Source: Schmidtea polychroa
Taxonomy: Eukaryota
Reading direction: 5' to 3'
DNA length: 64,000 bases
NCBI GenBank assembly: GCA_044892525.1
Contig: CM097885.1
Coordinates: forward strand, 9,550,001-9,614,000
Shown: positions 12,401-49,765 of the stretch, piece by piece
Layout: each line of letters begins with the position of its first letter
Numbering within the stretch: the stretch's first letter is position 1
Notes under the pieces: generated by a model
What the model was told of the DNA's origin: nothing
Database searches by the model: none
Seen by the model: the letters and a program-made list of their open reading frames with translations, nothing else
Program-made: the position numbers and the translations under genes

Positions 12401-14828
12401 CTGTATAAAATGTGTCAATTAAAATTTTAAAAAATTTGTATTTTATTATTTACATTATATCAAAATAATTCTAAAATAATTAAGAAATAAATTTCATAAA
12501 ATTACTAAAAAACCTGAAAATAAATTTACAATAATTAATATTACAAATGTTGACTAAAAGCAATATTTAAGAACTTGAATGATGATCTCATATCTATATG
12601 GATCAAAATCCAAGCTCTAAAAGTTACTTAAAATTTTACATCTTATCTGAAAGTCATTTCTAAAATGCCTAAAATAAATTTCCAGAAAAATTAAATTCAT
12701 TAAATTGGTGAGTCAACAAATGTAGACTAACTGCTGTACACACTAACCACCACTATAAAATATGTATCTCATTGGTGTTTGTGTAGTTAGAAATAACAAG
12801 TAGATTTTCCATGTCTAATCCTTTTATGTTTTTGATACGTTATTCACAATAAAAGGAACACTTGGTTTGATAAATTTGTTACATTTAATTAACTCTAAAA
12901 TTATAAATTCTCTCATTTCCATAACAGTTGACCAAGTATTTCCGAGATCAACTTTTTATTCGATTCAGAAAAAGAAATTCAATTTTAAATATGAAAATTC
13001 TATTTAAAATCAAAAAAAATAAAAAATTCACGGGAACAAATGGTTGTAAAATTCCATTTGATTAGCACAGTAATTATCATTATCAAAATCTTGAATGTAG
13101 GTTTCTCTATAATCAGTATTTTACTATAAAATTAAAGATGTCACAAAAAATTATAACCTTGATCTGAACAGTTAATAAAATATCGTTCAAATCTAAATAT
13201 TCAGTTTGTGAACCGTTAATATAAAATTCAACATCATTTTTACTCTCAATAACGGAATTAATTTGAATTACTTTTTCAAATACTCCAAATTTGGTCGATC
13301 AAATATAAACAATTCTGATTTACACAAATCATATTTTAATTATAGTTCCATAACCTTTCATTCGTTTGTTTGTATGCAATGACTAGCTTTTTTTTACTTC
13401 TTGGAGCATGTAATGGTGATGTTGGTGGTTTTGTATCGTTTTGAAACATACACACAACACCCGGTAAAACTTTCCTTATCTCGGATATAGCATTTCTTTC
13501 CAGAGATAGTAATATTTTCTGACTTTTCATTATCACATTTTTAGCAGTTTTCATACTGAAGATAGGGATTGCAAATCCATCGTTTTTCTGCAACTAACCG
13601 GATACATGCTGCTTATCAATAAAATATGGTAATTCATCACCTGTTTGGCTACCACATTGAAATAATACCTGAATTAGCTATCTACTTTAGGAAAATGTAA
13701 CGTCAAATGAGTTTTTGAATTCTGTGCAAAATCGATTAATTTACCAGAATCATAGCGTATATTTATTTCTAAATGGCTTTTACATGAGGTTGAACCAGGT
13801 AAATACATGGGATTTTTTATACAACTTCATCCTATTTATATTTTTCAACCAAAATTTATTTCAATAAAGGAATATTAGAATCACCAACAATGACGCGCTT
13901 AATAATATTATTGTAAATGAATATTTGCTAATGAATTTTAATTATTCTCGGTTTTGCTATACCTTCAAAAAATTAACTGCTTTCATAAATTGTTTCATAA
14001 AATTCATAAAATTCCAATGTTTTAACCGAATTTCCAATATATCTGACATAACTAATATAAGGTTTCAATTCAAATTTAAAAAATTGAAATTTTTAAAGAT
14101 CAATACTAATAAAAATATGCGAAAAATTTTGAATTAAATGAAATTGTAACTAATCAATGCATGTTATATATAAGTTATCCTTAAAAGTAAAATTATATGG
14201 CTGATCAAAAGGAAAGGTTACTTTTTTTGATATATTTTTCCAATCACCTTTTTTTATATTTAATAAGTGAATTTTAATAAGTGAAAAGATATTTCACAGT
14301 AAAGTTGAGACACATCTATTACAATAAAAATTAATTTTACCAGTCAAACTTATTAACTTTTTGAGGGCGCCGTGAGACTACAGTCGCACAACTTTATTTT
14401 GGTTTTGAGGACGAAATTAGACTCTAGTCCACTAAATGCCAAAACTTCTAGTTTTCACCAATATATTCTATAGCTTGTAATAGTTGTCAAAATAGCCATA
14501 TTTTTAATTATACGTTAATTTAGGAAAAATTACAGCTTTGGGAGAATAAAAAATTTTGAGCCCATCGTCCTCAAAGGGTTAATAAAAAGTATAGAGAGAC
14601 ATTTACAATCATAATGAATTTACTTAATGTATAATAAATCAACAGATAAAAAATAATTAAAAGAAATTGAAATAAGCTGTTGGAATGGCTTTGAAATTTA
14701 AAGGAATGGTTGATGAATTTAGTGTCAGTAAATATATTTTGAATAAAGGTAAAAAATTTGTCATGACTCTACAAAATGCTTCAACCATACGTTCGGTGAA
14801 AAACATGAAACCTAGAAGATTCCCTGAC
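12401..14828. repeat. Host segment that is the source of the inverted duplication, just upstream of the MFS gene
   Basis: Inverted near-identity with 5803-8230. Lies outside the Polinton target duplications. Confidence 0.9.
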
Positions 14829-15167
14829 TAACAATGGCATTATTGCTAAAAAATAGTTTGACGTCATGTGAGATTTGTATTATTAATCATTATATAACGT
14901 TTTATTACTTTTCCATTTAACAGACTAAAATTATTTTGAATATTTTTATTTTAAATGATTTTTTATTTTTCCAAAATATTTACAATTTATTTCCTTTAAC
15001 GATTTTTAAATAAATAATTAATTTGCCAGTGTTTTAATAAATAGAATTTCCTTAAATTCTCATGTCACTTTTTTAATTATTGATAATTCTTAATAATAAT
15101 TAATTGATTGTGTAATATAATAAGTTTTCGAATATATAAAAATATTAAATTTATAAATAACAATTTA

Positions 15168-40857
<25,690 letters not shown>

Positions 40858-42211
40858 AAAATGGAAACTAATAATGTCTTATATCAGTTTCCTAATGAAA
40901 TGTAGACCTTACTATCATGAATTATATTTTAGTTAAGGAAATTAGGGGAACAAGTATTCAGGTGGTGGACTGTTCTCCTTCACTTTCACCCTGATATTAC
41001 AATATGAATATCATTATTAAATATTACTATTTATCCGTACTTGGCAATATCTGATTATGAATAAGGGTTGGAAAGAAGTTACCCAGGATATTTGTTTGGT
41101 AATTCAGTAGTATCAAAAATACATATACAGAATATCCATAAAGTCCGTACTAAAATGATTTAAAATAATTTGTGATTATGCAAGTTTATATGATAGAAGA
41201 AATATGTAAAAAGTATAAGAAATGTGTCTATTTTTTTATCTATAGAAATTTGTTTCAGTATTGGTTTACAAGATTCAATTACTGATCTGATTGTTGGCAT
41301 TTCTGTAAATTGGTTCGAAAATGTTTTCAGAGAACAATATTGGTGGTAATATTTGTGGACATGCTGGTCAGATTCTGGCGCTGGTTAGGATCGAGTTTCT
41401 TACATGGTAACAATGAAAGTCAAATAAGTTCAAAACTAGTCTGCTAATAGAAATTGTATTTGAATATCACATTAATAACTTTTTGTAAACTGTTTTAATC
41501 AAATTGTATATTTTTCATGGATTTTCAAATAAAATATTTTAATTTAGCTGCCGGCTGTACTTCATTTTTCAGAGGTAAATCTTTGCTGATTCACAGATAT
41601 TAATGAAAATCATGACTGTCTTTGAGAATAAGAGGAAATTTATTGTGAAAATATATCACCAAGATATTTTTATTTAATTTTTCTATAATTTTATATCGTA
41701 AAATGTTTAAATATTGCTGAAATACTTTTGAAATCCTGTAAAATATTCAAAGGAAATTCTTTGTTAGATTTTTGTTGAAATTTTATTAATCAACAATTAA
41801 TATCCATTTCAACAAACATTCTTTTCGAAAAAATGTGGAAAAAATAAAGATAAAATACTTTCTAAGAGAACCTTCACTCTGTGTTTTGACAAAAAAAATA
41901 AATTTAGTTTTTTCTTCTAAACATAATTCTATTTACTACATAAAAGTTAAGTCGCATTTTATATTGAAATAATTTAAACATTCTTTTCGTCGACAGTAAA
42001 TCTTTTACTGGCTGCGCCATTTCCAATTTCTTCGGGACACAAAATAACTTCTTTTGAATTCAGCATCATACATGAAGCGTTTGTTCGTGATAATAATTAA
42101 TGATTATGATCGGTAATGAAAATTGTAATAAATAAAGCAAAATTAATACACGATCAGACACGACTGACGTCAAAAATCTACTGAATTAGAAAATTAAAAC
42201 ATTAGGGTGGG

Positions 42212-42288
<77 letters not shown>

Positions 42289-42410
42289 GCTTGCCATATG
42301 TACGTTATTTTGGCTTACAAAATAAGAATGCACGTTATTTACGGAATTAGTGAAAACGTACCTAAAGGTACTTTTAATTACTGATTATTTTTGATTTGTT
42401 TTGTTATAAT

Positions 42411-45400
42411 TGTTGGGCTGAGTCGAAGGGTAGTTGGGAAATTAGGGCAAACTTAACTAAAATAAAATAAAAAATAAAACCAAATAAATTGACAAATAAA
42501 ATAGAATAAAACATAAGAAAAACAATAATTAGAAAATAAGAATTAAAACAAAAAATATAAAGATGAGAAAAATTAAAATAGGACAATAGAATGACGGAAA
42601 ACAACGTAAAATATAGTAAATAATAAGAAAATTAAGGAAAATAAATAAAAACATAATTTTAATAAAGAAAGTAAGAAGAAATAACTCAAAAACAAGGAAA
42701 ATAAATTAAATTAATAAAATTAAGCGGTACTCAATTCTAATTGGTCCGCGCAAACAAAAAATTAATATATAAGCAGGCATTAAAAACATAACAATTACTG
42801 TTAATCAAACCACCTCAATAGGTAAGTGAAATTTAAATAACAAACTACTGTTAATCAAACCACCTCAATAGGTAAATCTATTCTACGACAGTACAGAAAT
42901 CCAGCAACTAACGCACGATAACTCACGAGGACAATTCCAAGATTCAAGAGATTTTTACAGAACTAGACGATATTCGAGCATTAACTGATTCGACACAGTA
43001 CCCTTTTCGACTCAGCCCATACTTATATCAATCATTCGGTAAGGATTTTTGATTTCTTATTTTGAATTTTTAAGTAATGCGTATAGTCTAATAATATTTT
43101 TAATTTAAAGAATGGTTTTTCTTTTCGTTTGATTTTCGAATGCTTTATTGAAATTAATGATTTGGCTAATAATAAATGATCTGCTTTCTAGGAATTATTG
43201 ATTTTTCTTTGATGAATTATTTTTATGAGTTATTATTATGTTAATTAAATTTTTGAGGAACGTGGCGTTGAGATACTCTATGTCATGGTGTGAGGTGCCT
43301 TCGGGAGCTCCACCGGTGGACATAGAGTATTTCAATCACGCAGCTAGATTGGGCCGAAATGTGGGGGCTTCTTCACGGGTCCAATCGCTGAAGGTGCGAC
43401 TAAAATCTATAGGTAAATTGTGGCAGAAAATTGATAGTCATATAGTGATTGAAAACAAAGATATGTAATAAATGAATCGGAGAATTTTGATGTATTCGCG
43501 CAGTGATTGAGGGCGTCACACCATCGTCTCCAGATATCGTTTCTACTAAGCCAAATTTTCTCTATCAGTGAGGTAATCGTTCAGACCTTAGTGAGGCTAT
43601 GTGTGACATATCTTCGATGTTCACCCTTTTCACCCAGAATCTGTTCCGACCCATTTTTGCCTATGACCTTTTGAACTGTTATTCCGTTCATCTAAAAGTT
43701 TTCTTAGAGACATAGTAGTAAGGAAGTTCAAAATAGATTGCTTCAGACAAGTATTAGGATTACTCGAAATGACTGCTTGTAAATCAATGGTAGAACCATG
43801 TAAAATGATTTAGTCCAAATAGTTATTCAGAATTGCATAAAACGAGTTTGTTCCAAATAAAAGTTTAAATTACATAAAATGATTTGCTATAATAAATTTT
43901 TAGAATTTTATATAAAAGAATTTACATACAATTAATTATCATAATTACATAAACTATTGGCATCAAATAATTTAAAAATGAAAAATGCAACCAATTCGAG
44001 CCAAGAAAAATATATTTCTTCAATTTAGCCGATGATCTTGTTAATTAAATATAAAATTCCAGTATTTCATGGGGTTGGCAATCCAGCAGGGATAGGTAGA
44101 AAATCTCCAGAACTTAGAGAATAGATCGATAAACTGTGTTTGAGGAATTAAAGACGAAAAATCCACCCCTGGAGCAAACCATATCCAACGTCTGCGATAT
44201 AGAGAATCATAATTTTTCCAATAATTCGGTGAGAATTAGTAGATCATCATCATATGCAGGAGAATTGTGAGCAATTACGCGGTAGATAAAAATCCGAGAA
44301 AATGCCATCATGCAAACATTTAACACCTACATTTGTAGCGACTAGTATAAATAAGTGTGTGAAAGCGCACCTTACATGCGTCACCCAGTTGCAGACATAC
44401 CCAGTAGCCAAGTACAGTGGGCAAGGTCACACCCGCCTCTACTCATGAAAAATCGGACCGGACGTATCAGATGGAATTTCCATTAGCTAATTAAATCACC
44501 GACAGGCATCAGATTTCATCGCTCCAGATTGATAGTCAACCACCGGGCTGACGTTTACTTATCTACCTAGCAGGAATGGTCGGCTGCTAGCTCACATTGA
44601 TACCGTGCTCAGTTATCATAACGACAATATCTTTTGATGCTAAACCCAATCATAATTATGATTATTTTTTCTTTATTATCTTAGCATGAATGATACAGAA
44701 ACTATTTCATTTTTGACCTAATTATCATTAGTATTAATATTAAATATTATTAAACAAGTATTATTTAAACAAGATAAAACAAATATGTGAGTAATTAGAG
44801 AGAATGAATAAATAATCGAAAAATTAAATAACCTTCCGTTTATCATGTAGGAACTAATTAAAAGACATTATGGGCCCCCTTTTCCGTAGATATTTACTCG
44901 ACCCCAGTATATGATACACTCATCAAAATCACTCGTTCGGGGGGAGAAGTCAACAATTTAACTCGATTCTCGGTAAACGTGAAATAATGACTTCAAGCGG
45001 ATTAAATAAATAATCATTTTCATCGACCTAGAATTTCTCTCACTAATGGTAATATCTCCCTTTCCTTGTGCGAAATCTGGTTTGATCGATTTATCTTCTT
45101 ATAATTAAAGACCCAAAAGGTATGAGGATCCATCGTGCAGTAGAACTTGTCTTGACTGATAAACCCATATTTTTGTCTATGATCAGTAAAGTATGAATGT
45201 GGTCAGATGGTGACACTCCCGTTGATTTAATTATTTTCATTTTTCATTTTTTCTCCACAGTCACTCAAAATGTTGCCAAATTCCAAGACCGTTCTTCGCC
45301 CTTGTTTTTCTTGTTCCGACAAGAATTCAATTATCAAAGAGCTCCAGGCCCAAATCGGAAAGCACAAAAGGAGAATAGATGAGTTAGGGGGGACATGGTT

Positions 45401-46586
45401 TAGTCCCACCCAGATGAAGGAGGTTCAGAAGAAGCTGCACCGAAGCGAGCACTGTAGAGACGCGTTAATCTCCGAGAGTCGGGCGCAGAGGAGCCTAATA
45501 AAAGAGCAGGCGGAGGCGCTGCACAAATTATACGTCCAGGCAGCAACTACCAGGAAGATCGCGAAGATCCCAATTAATGAAGCCGGAAATCTTTTCCCTG
45601 CGCATCATAATATCTCTGGTGGGTCTTCTTCTCCAGTCGGGAAGTCCTGCCATGGGTGCGTAGAGACCGAGCTCTCACCTAAAGAACCGGAAATCATCTT
45701 TACCGGAACTAGTAAAGTGCTACCTGCGATGGCATCTACCTCTGCAACCCCCCCGACCAATCAGGCGGCATCGAAGCCAAAGCGTCGGCAATTATCGAGA
45801 GCCGAGCGCAAAAAGAAACAGCGGGAACGCGTAACCGCCAAACAGGACCAGAAACCGACGGATCATCCGGTCGAAGTCATCACCCCTCCGGCAGCAATCG
45901 AGCTGGCATCAGTGATCTCTGGGCGAATCATCTCCGCCGCTGGTGTCACCTGGGAGGAAAATGCCTCTGAATTTTTCGATTTGGAAGATCTATTGGCAGA
46001 CTCGGAGTGGGAGAAATGAGAACTTCTCCGTAAAAGGTTTTCGTTCTCTGAAATTACCCGAACATTGTCTGATAACATTTTTACCTTTGTCTCTTTTCCT
46101 GTTGTCGTGAATTATATTGTATAAGTGTTAGATATATTTGTGTGATAATCTTAATAATAAACCATTTGTGTCTGCATACGTTTTTTTTGTGTGTTCATCT
46201 TAGGACAGTTGAGTTGAAATTGGTGAATGGTATTGAGAGTCACAAAATTTTGAGGAGCATTAGTCAGTTGGCAACTCAGCTAGAAACATTGCGATGGGGC
46301 GACGGAATGAGTAGACGTAAGTCCTTCTATCGGCAGTCAGGGTTGGGAAGTCGAGGCCTCAGTAAGGAGTAGTCCGAAGGAGCTGGCTCACCTGCTTACT
46401 GGCGTCTCGCCGGCATAGCACAGTTCCAACGTGAAGCAATTCACGGGTGCTATGTTGGAGTGTAGGTTATGTACGGGTCCCGCTCGGCGATGACCAAATA
46501 AATGACGGGCGAAATCGAGGTGGGCATTCATCCTCTAGACTAAAGCTGCACTAGAAAGGGGTCATCCGAGTAGTGTACCCGCAACA
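42411..46586 (+). repeat. Putative 5' LTR (about 4.2 kb)
   Basis: TGTTG...CAACA ends. The right end lies 7 nt before the PBS. AATAAA at about 46156. The left boundary is inferred because the 3' LTR is outside the window. Confidence 0.6.
45270..46019 (+). CDS. 249-aa ORF within the putative LTR; unknown, possibly regulatory, protein
   Basis: Intact GC-richer ORF after a polypyrimidine-CAG acceptor. CxxC, coiled coil, basic KPKRRQLSRAERKKKQRER, acidic/aromatic C-terminus. Confidence 0.7.
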   Translation: MLPNSKTVLRPCFSCSDKNSIIKELQAQIGKHKRRIDELGGTWFSPTQMKEVQKKLHRSEHCRDALISESRAQRSLIKEQAEALHKLYVQAATTRKIAKIPINEAGNLFPAHHNISGGSSSPVGKSCHGCVETELSPKEPEIIFTGTSKVLPAMASTSATPPTNQAASKPKRRQLSRAERKKKQRERVTAKQDQKPTDHPVEVITPPAAIELASVISGRIISAAGVTWEENASEFFDLEDLLADSEWEK

Positions 46587-46593
46587 TAATTTT

Positions 46594-46611
46594 TGGGGGC
46601 TCAGCCGGGAT
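46594..46611 (+). promoter_or_regulatory. Primer-binding site, tRNA-Pro
   Basis: TGGGGGCTCAGCCGGGAT matches the canonical tRNA-Pro PBS TGGGGGCTCGTCCGGGAT at 16 of 18 positions. Confidence 0.8.
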
Positions 46612-46921
46612 TTCCGATTGAAATTTCCATTTACTAGTGTAAACTGGATAGGGAGGTTATTGAGTGAATTTCTGTCGAATAGAGTGAACTCACCGGGGTT
46701 AATGATTTCAATGGGTTAGCGAGTGCAAATTGACTGATGCTTATCGAATCTTATTATAAATCACGAATAGAAAATAATAAAATTAAAAATATAAATAAAG
46801 CAAATTTAATGATGGGGAAATAAGATAAAAGTAAAATAATGATAACGAGTTAAAAAAAAAGAATGTTTGATGAACAACCACTAATTAGTTATATATTACT
46901 GAAACATTTTTTTTAATAGAC

Positions 46922-47407
46922 ATGACGGAATTCGTAGACCAGATACAGCAACTAACTAACTTCATAAACTTCGAGAATGACTCCCTTAAAACGCTGACAC
47001 AAAAGAGAGAAAGAATTAACATCATATTACTCCAAGCAATCGGGCAAACACCAGTCGTCCCCAACCACATGTTATTAGCCACAGGACTAAGTCACCCAGA
47101 TGGGAAGGTAAACCCGGAAACCGTGTATCAATGGTATCAAGAGAGATTGAACCACCCAGCATTAAATCTTGATTATCAACGTATAAAAGATCCCTTAAAT
47201 ACCATATCAGATACAATCGAGCGGAAAATACAAGAAAAACTGACTCTACTACGAACTTGTCTTGCTTGTAAACTTCGTCCTATTCGCGTATTGTTTTTGC
47301 CGTGTGGACACCTCAGTCACTGCGAAGAATGCGGGAACGAGCTAAAAAGATGCACGATATGTAAGCACGAGATAAAAGAAACTCATATGGTCTATTATGG
47401 TGAATGA
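46922..47407 (+). CDS. Accessory protein with a C-terminal IAP-type C3HC4 RING finger (putative E3 ligase)
   Basis: CLACKLRPIRVLFLPCGHLSHCEECGNELKRCTICKHEIKETHMVYY at the extreme C-terminus. No BIR domain seen. Confidence 0.85.
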   Translation: MTEFVDQIQQLTNFINFENDSLKTLTQKRERINIILLQAIGQTPVVPNHMLLATGLSHPDGKVNPETVYQWYQERLNHPALNLDYQRIKDPLNTISDTIERKIQEKLTLLRTCLACKLRPIRVLFLPCGHLSHCEECGNELKRCTICKHEIKETHMVYYGE

Positions 47408-47965
47408 ATAGTGAAAGATACAGTAACATCTATGAACATTGAATTTACACGGCTATTGAATGAGAATAAGTGTAATTGATGTGTGAAAATTGATTAAAGT
47501 TTTAATTTTTATTTTTTATGGTGAATAAAATTTTGTTATGAACTGAGTAATTATGGCTTTTAATTCTATATTATAATTTTTTTGAATCAAACGAAAAGAA
47601 AACCGAACTAACGTGGAATTAGCCCCAATATAGGCTGTAAGGGTACAAACCGAGCCACCTTAGGGCGGTACGTTCTATCATACGATAAAACCAATTGGTA
47701 GGGGATAACCGATCAACCTAAGTGAGGAGCGTAGGGCGGGGTACCATCGCAAATAATGAGAAGTTTCTGCGGCATGACTGATCACCATGCCAATGTAGAA
47801 ATGGATCATCGCGATCGTCGTGCGTTTTGAGCAAGGGGGGAAAGGGGAAACACTCCCAAGCGGTGAAGATTAAGTCGACAAATTAAAAGTAGACAGAGAA
47901 AATGGTAAACTAGAGTAAAAGAGGAGAAGAGAAGTAGAAGCATGCAGAGCGAGGAATATTGAAGC

Positions 47966-48399
47966 CGAGCTGTCGAATAGTCCAGCCGGTCAAGGAGGAA
48001 GATTGAGCTGTTGAATAGTGCCAGCCAGTCGTAAGATCGAGTTGTTGAATAGTCCAGCCGGTCAAGGAGGAAGATTGAGCTGTTGAATAGTGCCAGCCAG
48101 TCGTAAGATCGAGTTGTTGAATAGTCCAGCCGGTCAAGGAGGAAGATTGAGCTGTTGAATAGTGCCAGCCAGTCGTAAGATCGAGTTGTTGAATAGTCCA
48201 ACCGATCAGAAGGAGGAAGATTGAGCTGTTGAATAGTGCCAGCCAGTCGTAAGATCGAGTTGTTGAATAGTCCAACCGATCAGAAGGAGGAAGATTGAGC
48301 TGTTGAATAGTGCCAGCCAGTCGTAAGGTCGAGTTGTGAAAAGTCCAACCGATCAGAGAGAAGAAGATTGAGCTGTTGAATAGTGCCAGCCAGTCGTAA
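47966..48399 (+). repeat. Tandem array of about six 72/75-bp units (each two related ~36-bp halves) in the retroelement leader
   Basis: Repeated unit GAGGAAGATTGAGCTGTTGAATAGTGCCAGCCAGTCGTAAGATCGAGTTGTTGAATAGTCCAGCCGGTCAAG. Confidence 0.95.
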
Positions 48400-49765
48400 A
48401 GGCCTAGAAAAGCGAGAGATAGCAGTTAAGCTACAATGAGATAATATTTAAATTACTAGTGAAATGGAATATTAAAGCTAGCTAGAACAAATTGAATGTA
48501 ATTACGAAAATTTGAGTTTAGAGAGGAAATAAACGAGCTCGTGGAAAAGATAATAAGATTATAATGAAAAAGGAAAGGGAAGAAGGAAACGAAATTAAAG
48601 AGATAATGGAAAATAAAGAATAGGCGAAACGATGATAATGAGTAAAGAGGAAAGTAACCAACTAAGTAAAGGGATCCCAGTGAAGTAGAGAAACTCTACG
48701 GAATATTTTTTTTTGGGTCAAACCGGGAAAATGCATTTTTATTGGTTCCAGAGTAGAACCGAGTGGAATAATAGTAAATATGAAAAGTAAAATAGCGACA
48801 ACAGCGCAAAAGGATTAGGAAAATGAAAGGGGGGTAATAAGCAGTGACCGACAACGACCTATTCATATTATAAGTGATAAAAATAGATAATTATTGCGAC
48901 TCTATAGATAATTGTTACTACCCCATATAGATAATTTAAAATCGACGAAAAATTCGGGGTGATGGGAGATTATAACCCGCGGAAGTAATTGCATAAAAAA
49001 TAGGGGAAGCATAAACAGAACCTAAAAGGTGTCTGTGTTTGAATGTTGCAGAAAGAATGATGAAGTCGTGTAAGCAAATGCAACACGAGATCATTTTTTC
49101 ATTTTAGATATCAAACCAATCCAGCCAATCAAGCCAATCTAGAACCTGCACAAAAGGAATTCGAAGAAATCGACAATCGACCAAGAACAAATCCATTCAG
49201 AACCCGCACCGAGAAACACAGCAACCGGAAGACTCCAGAACGGAAGAAGATACAGATAGCGACATCTCCAACTTCGAACGAATCACCGATATATTCAACC
49301 TCATAGTATTAGCAGCCATCTGCCAAGGACTAGTAAAGCTCCTCAGGATCTCAGTAGCAGATTCATACAGGATACTTTTCGAAGGAAACGCAATCAGATC
49401 CGAACTCGTCCGATTCAGTAGCCGCTAATTACCAAGAAGCGTAAGAAAGGAATCACGGATAAACCCATCTCAGATCATCAAGTAAGTCAGGCGACGTATT
49501 ATTTTTAGGAGACGAATTACAACAACTCAAAAGAGGACGATCTATTAAACATCAAAGAGGAATATCACAAGGAGCAAGAAGAACCAATCAAGTACCTATA
49601 TTTGACCAAGAAAATCTCGGATACACCCCTAGTCGATCTCGAAGCAGGGAAAGTCTGTCCGATATCACTAACAGTTTAGCAACGTCAACCGAAGAATTAT
49701 CAGCCCAAAGTTTAGTCACATCGTTAGACAATTTAAAAGAAACAGACGAATCTAGAACACCAATC

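Noticed and set aside
5803..14828. The 2.4-kb inverted repeats as TIRs of one larger transposon
   Set aside because: The AGTAGT ends and GAGAAA TSD define 5722-11983. The right 2.4-kb arm lies outside them and has no terminal motif or TSD.
47966..48399. CRISPR-like array
   Set aside because: Units repeat without unique spacers, there are no cas genes, and the context is a eukaryotic retroelement.
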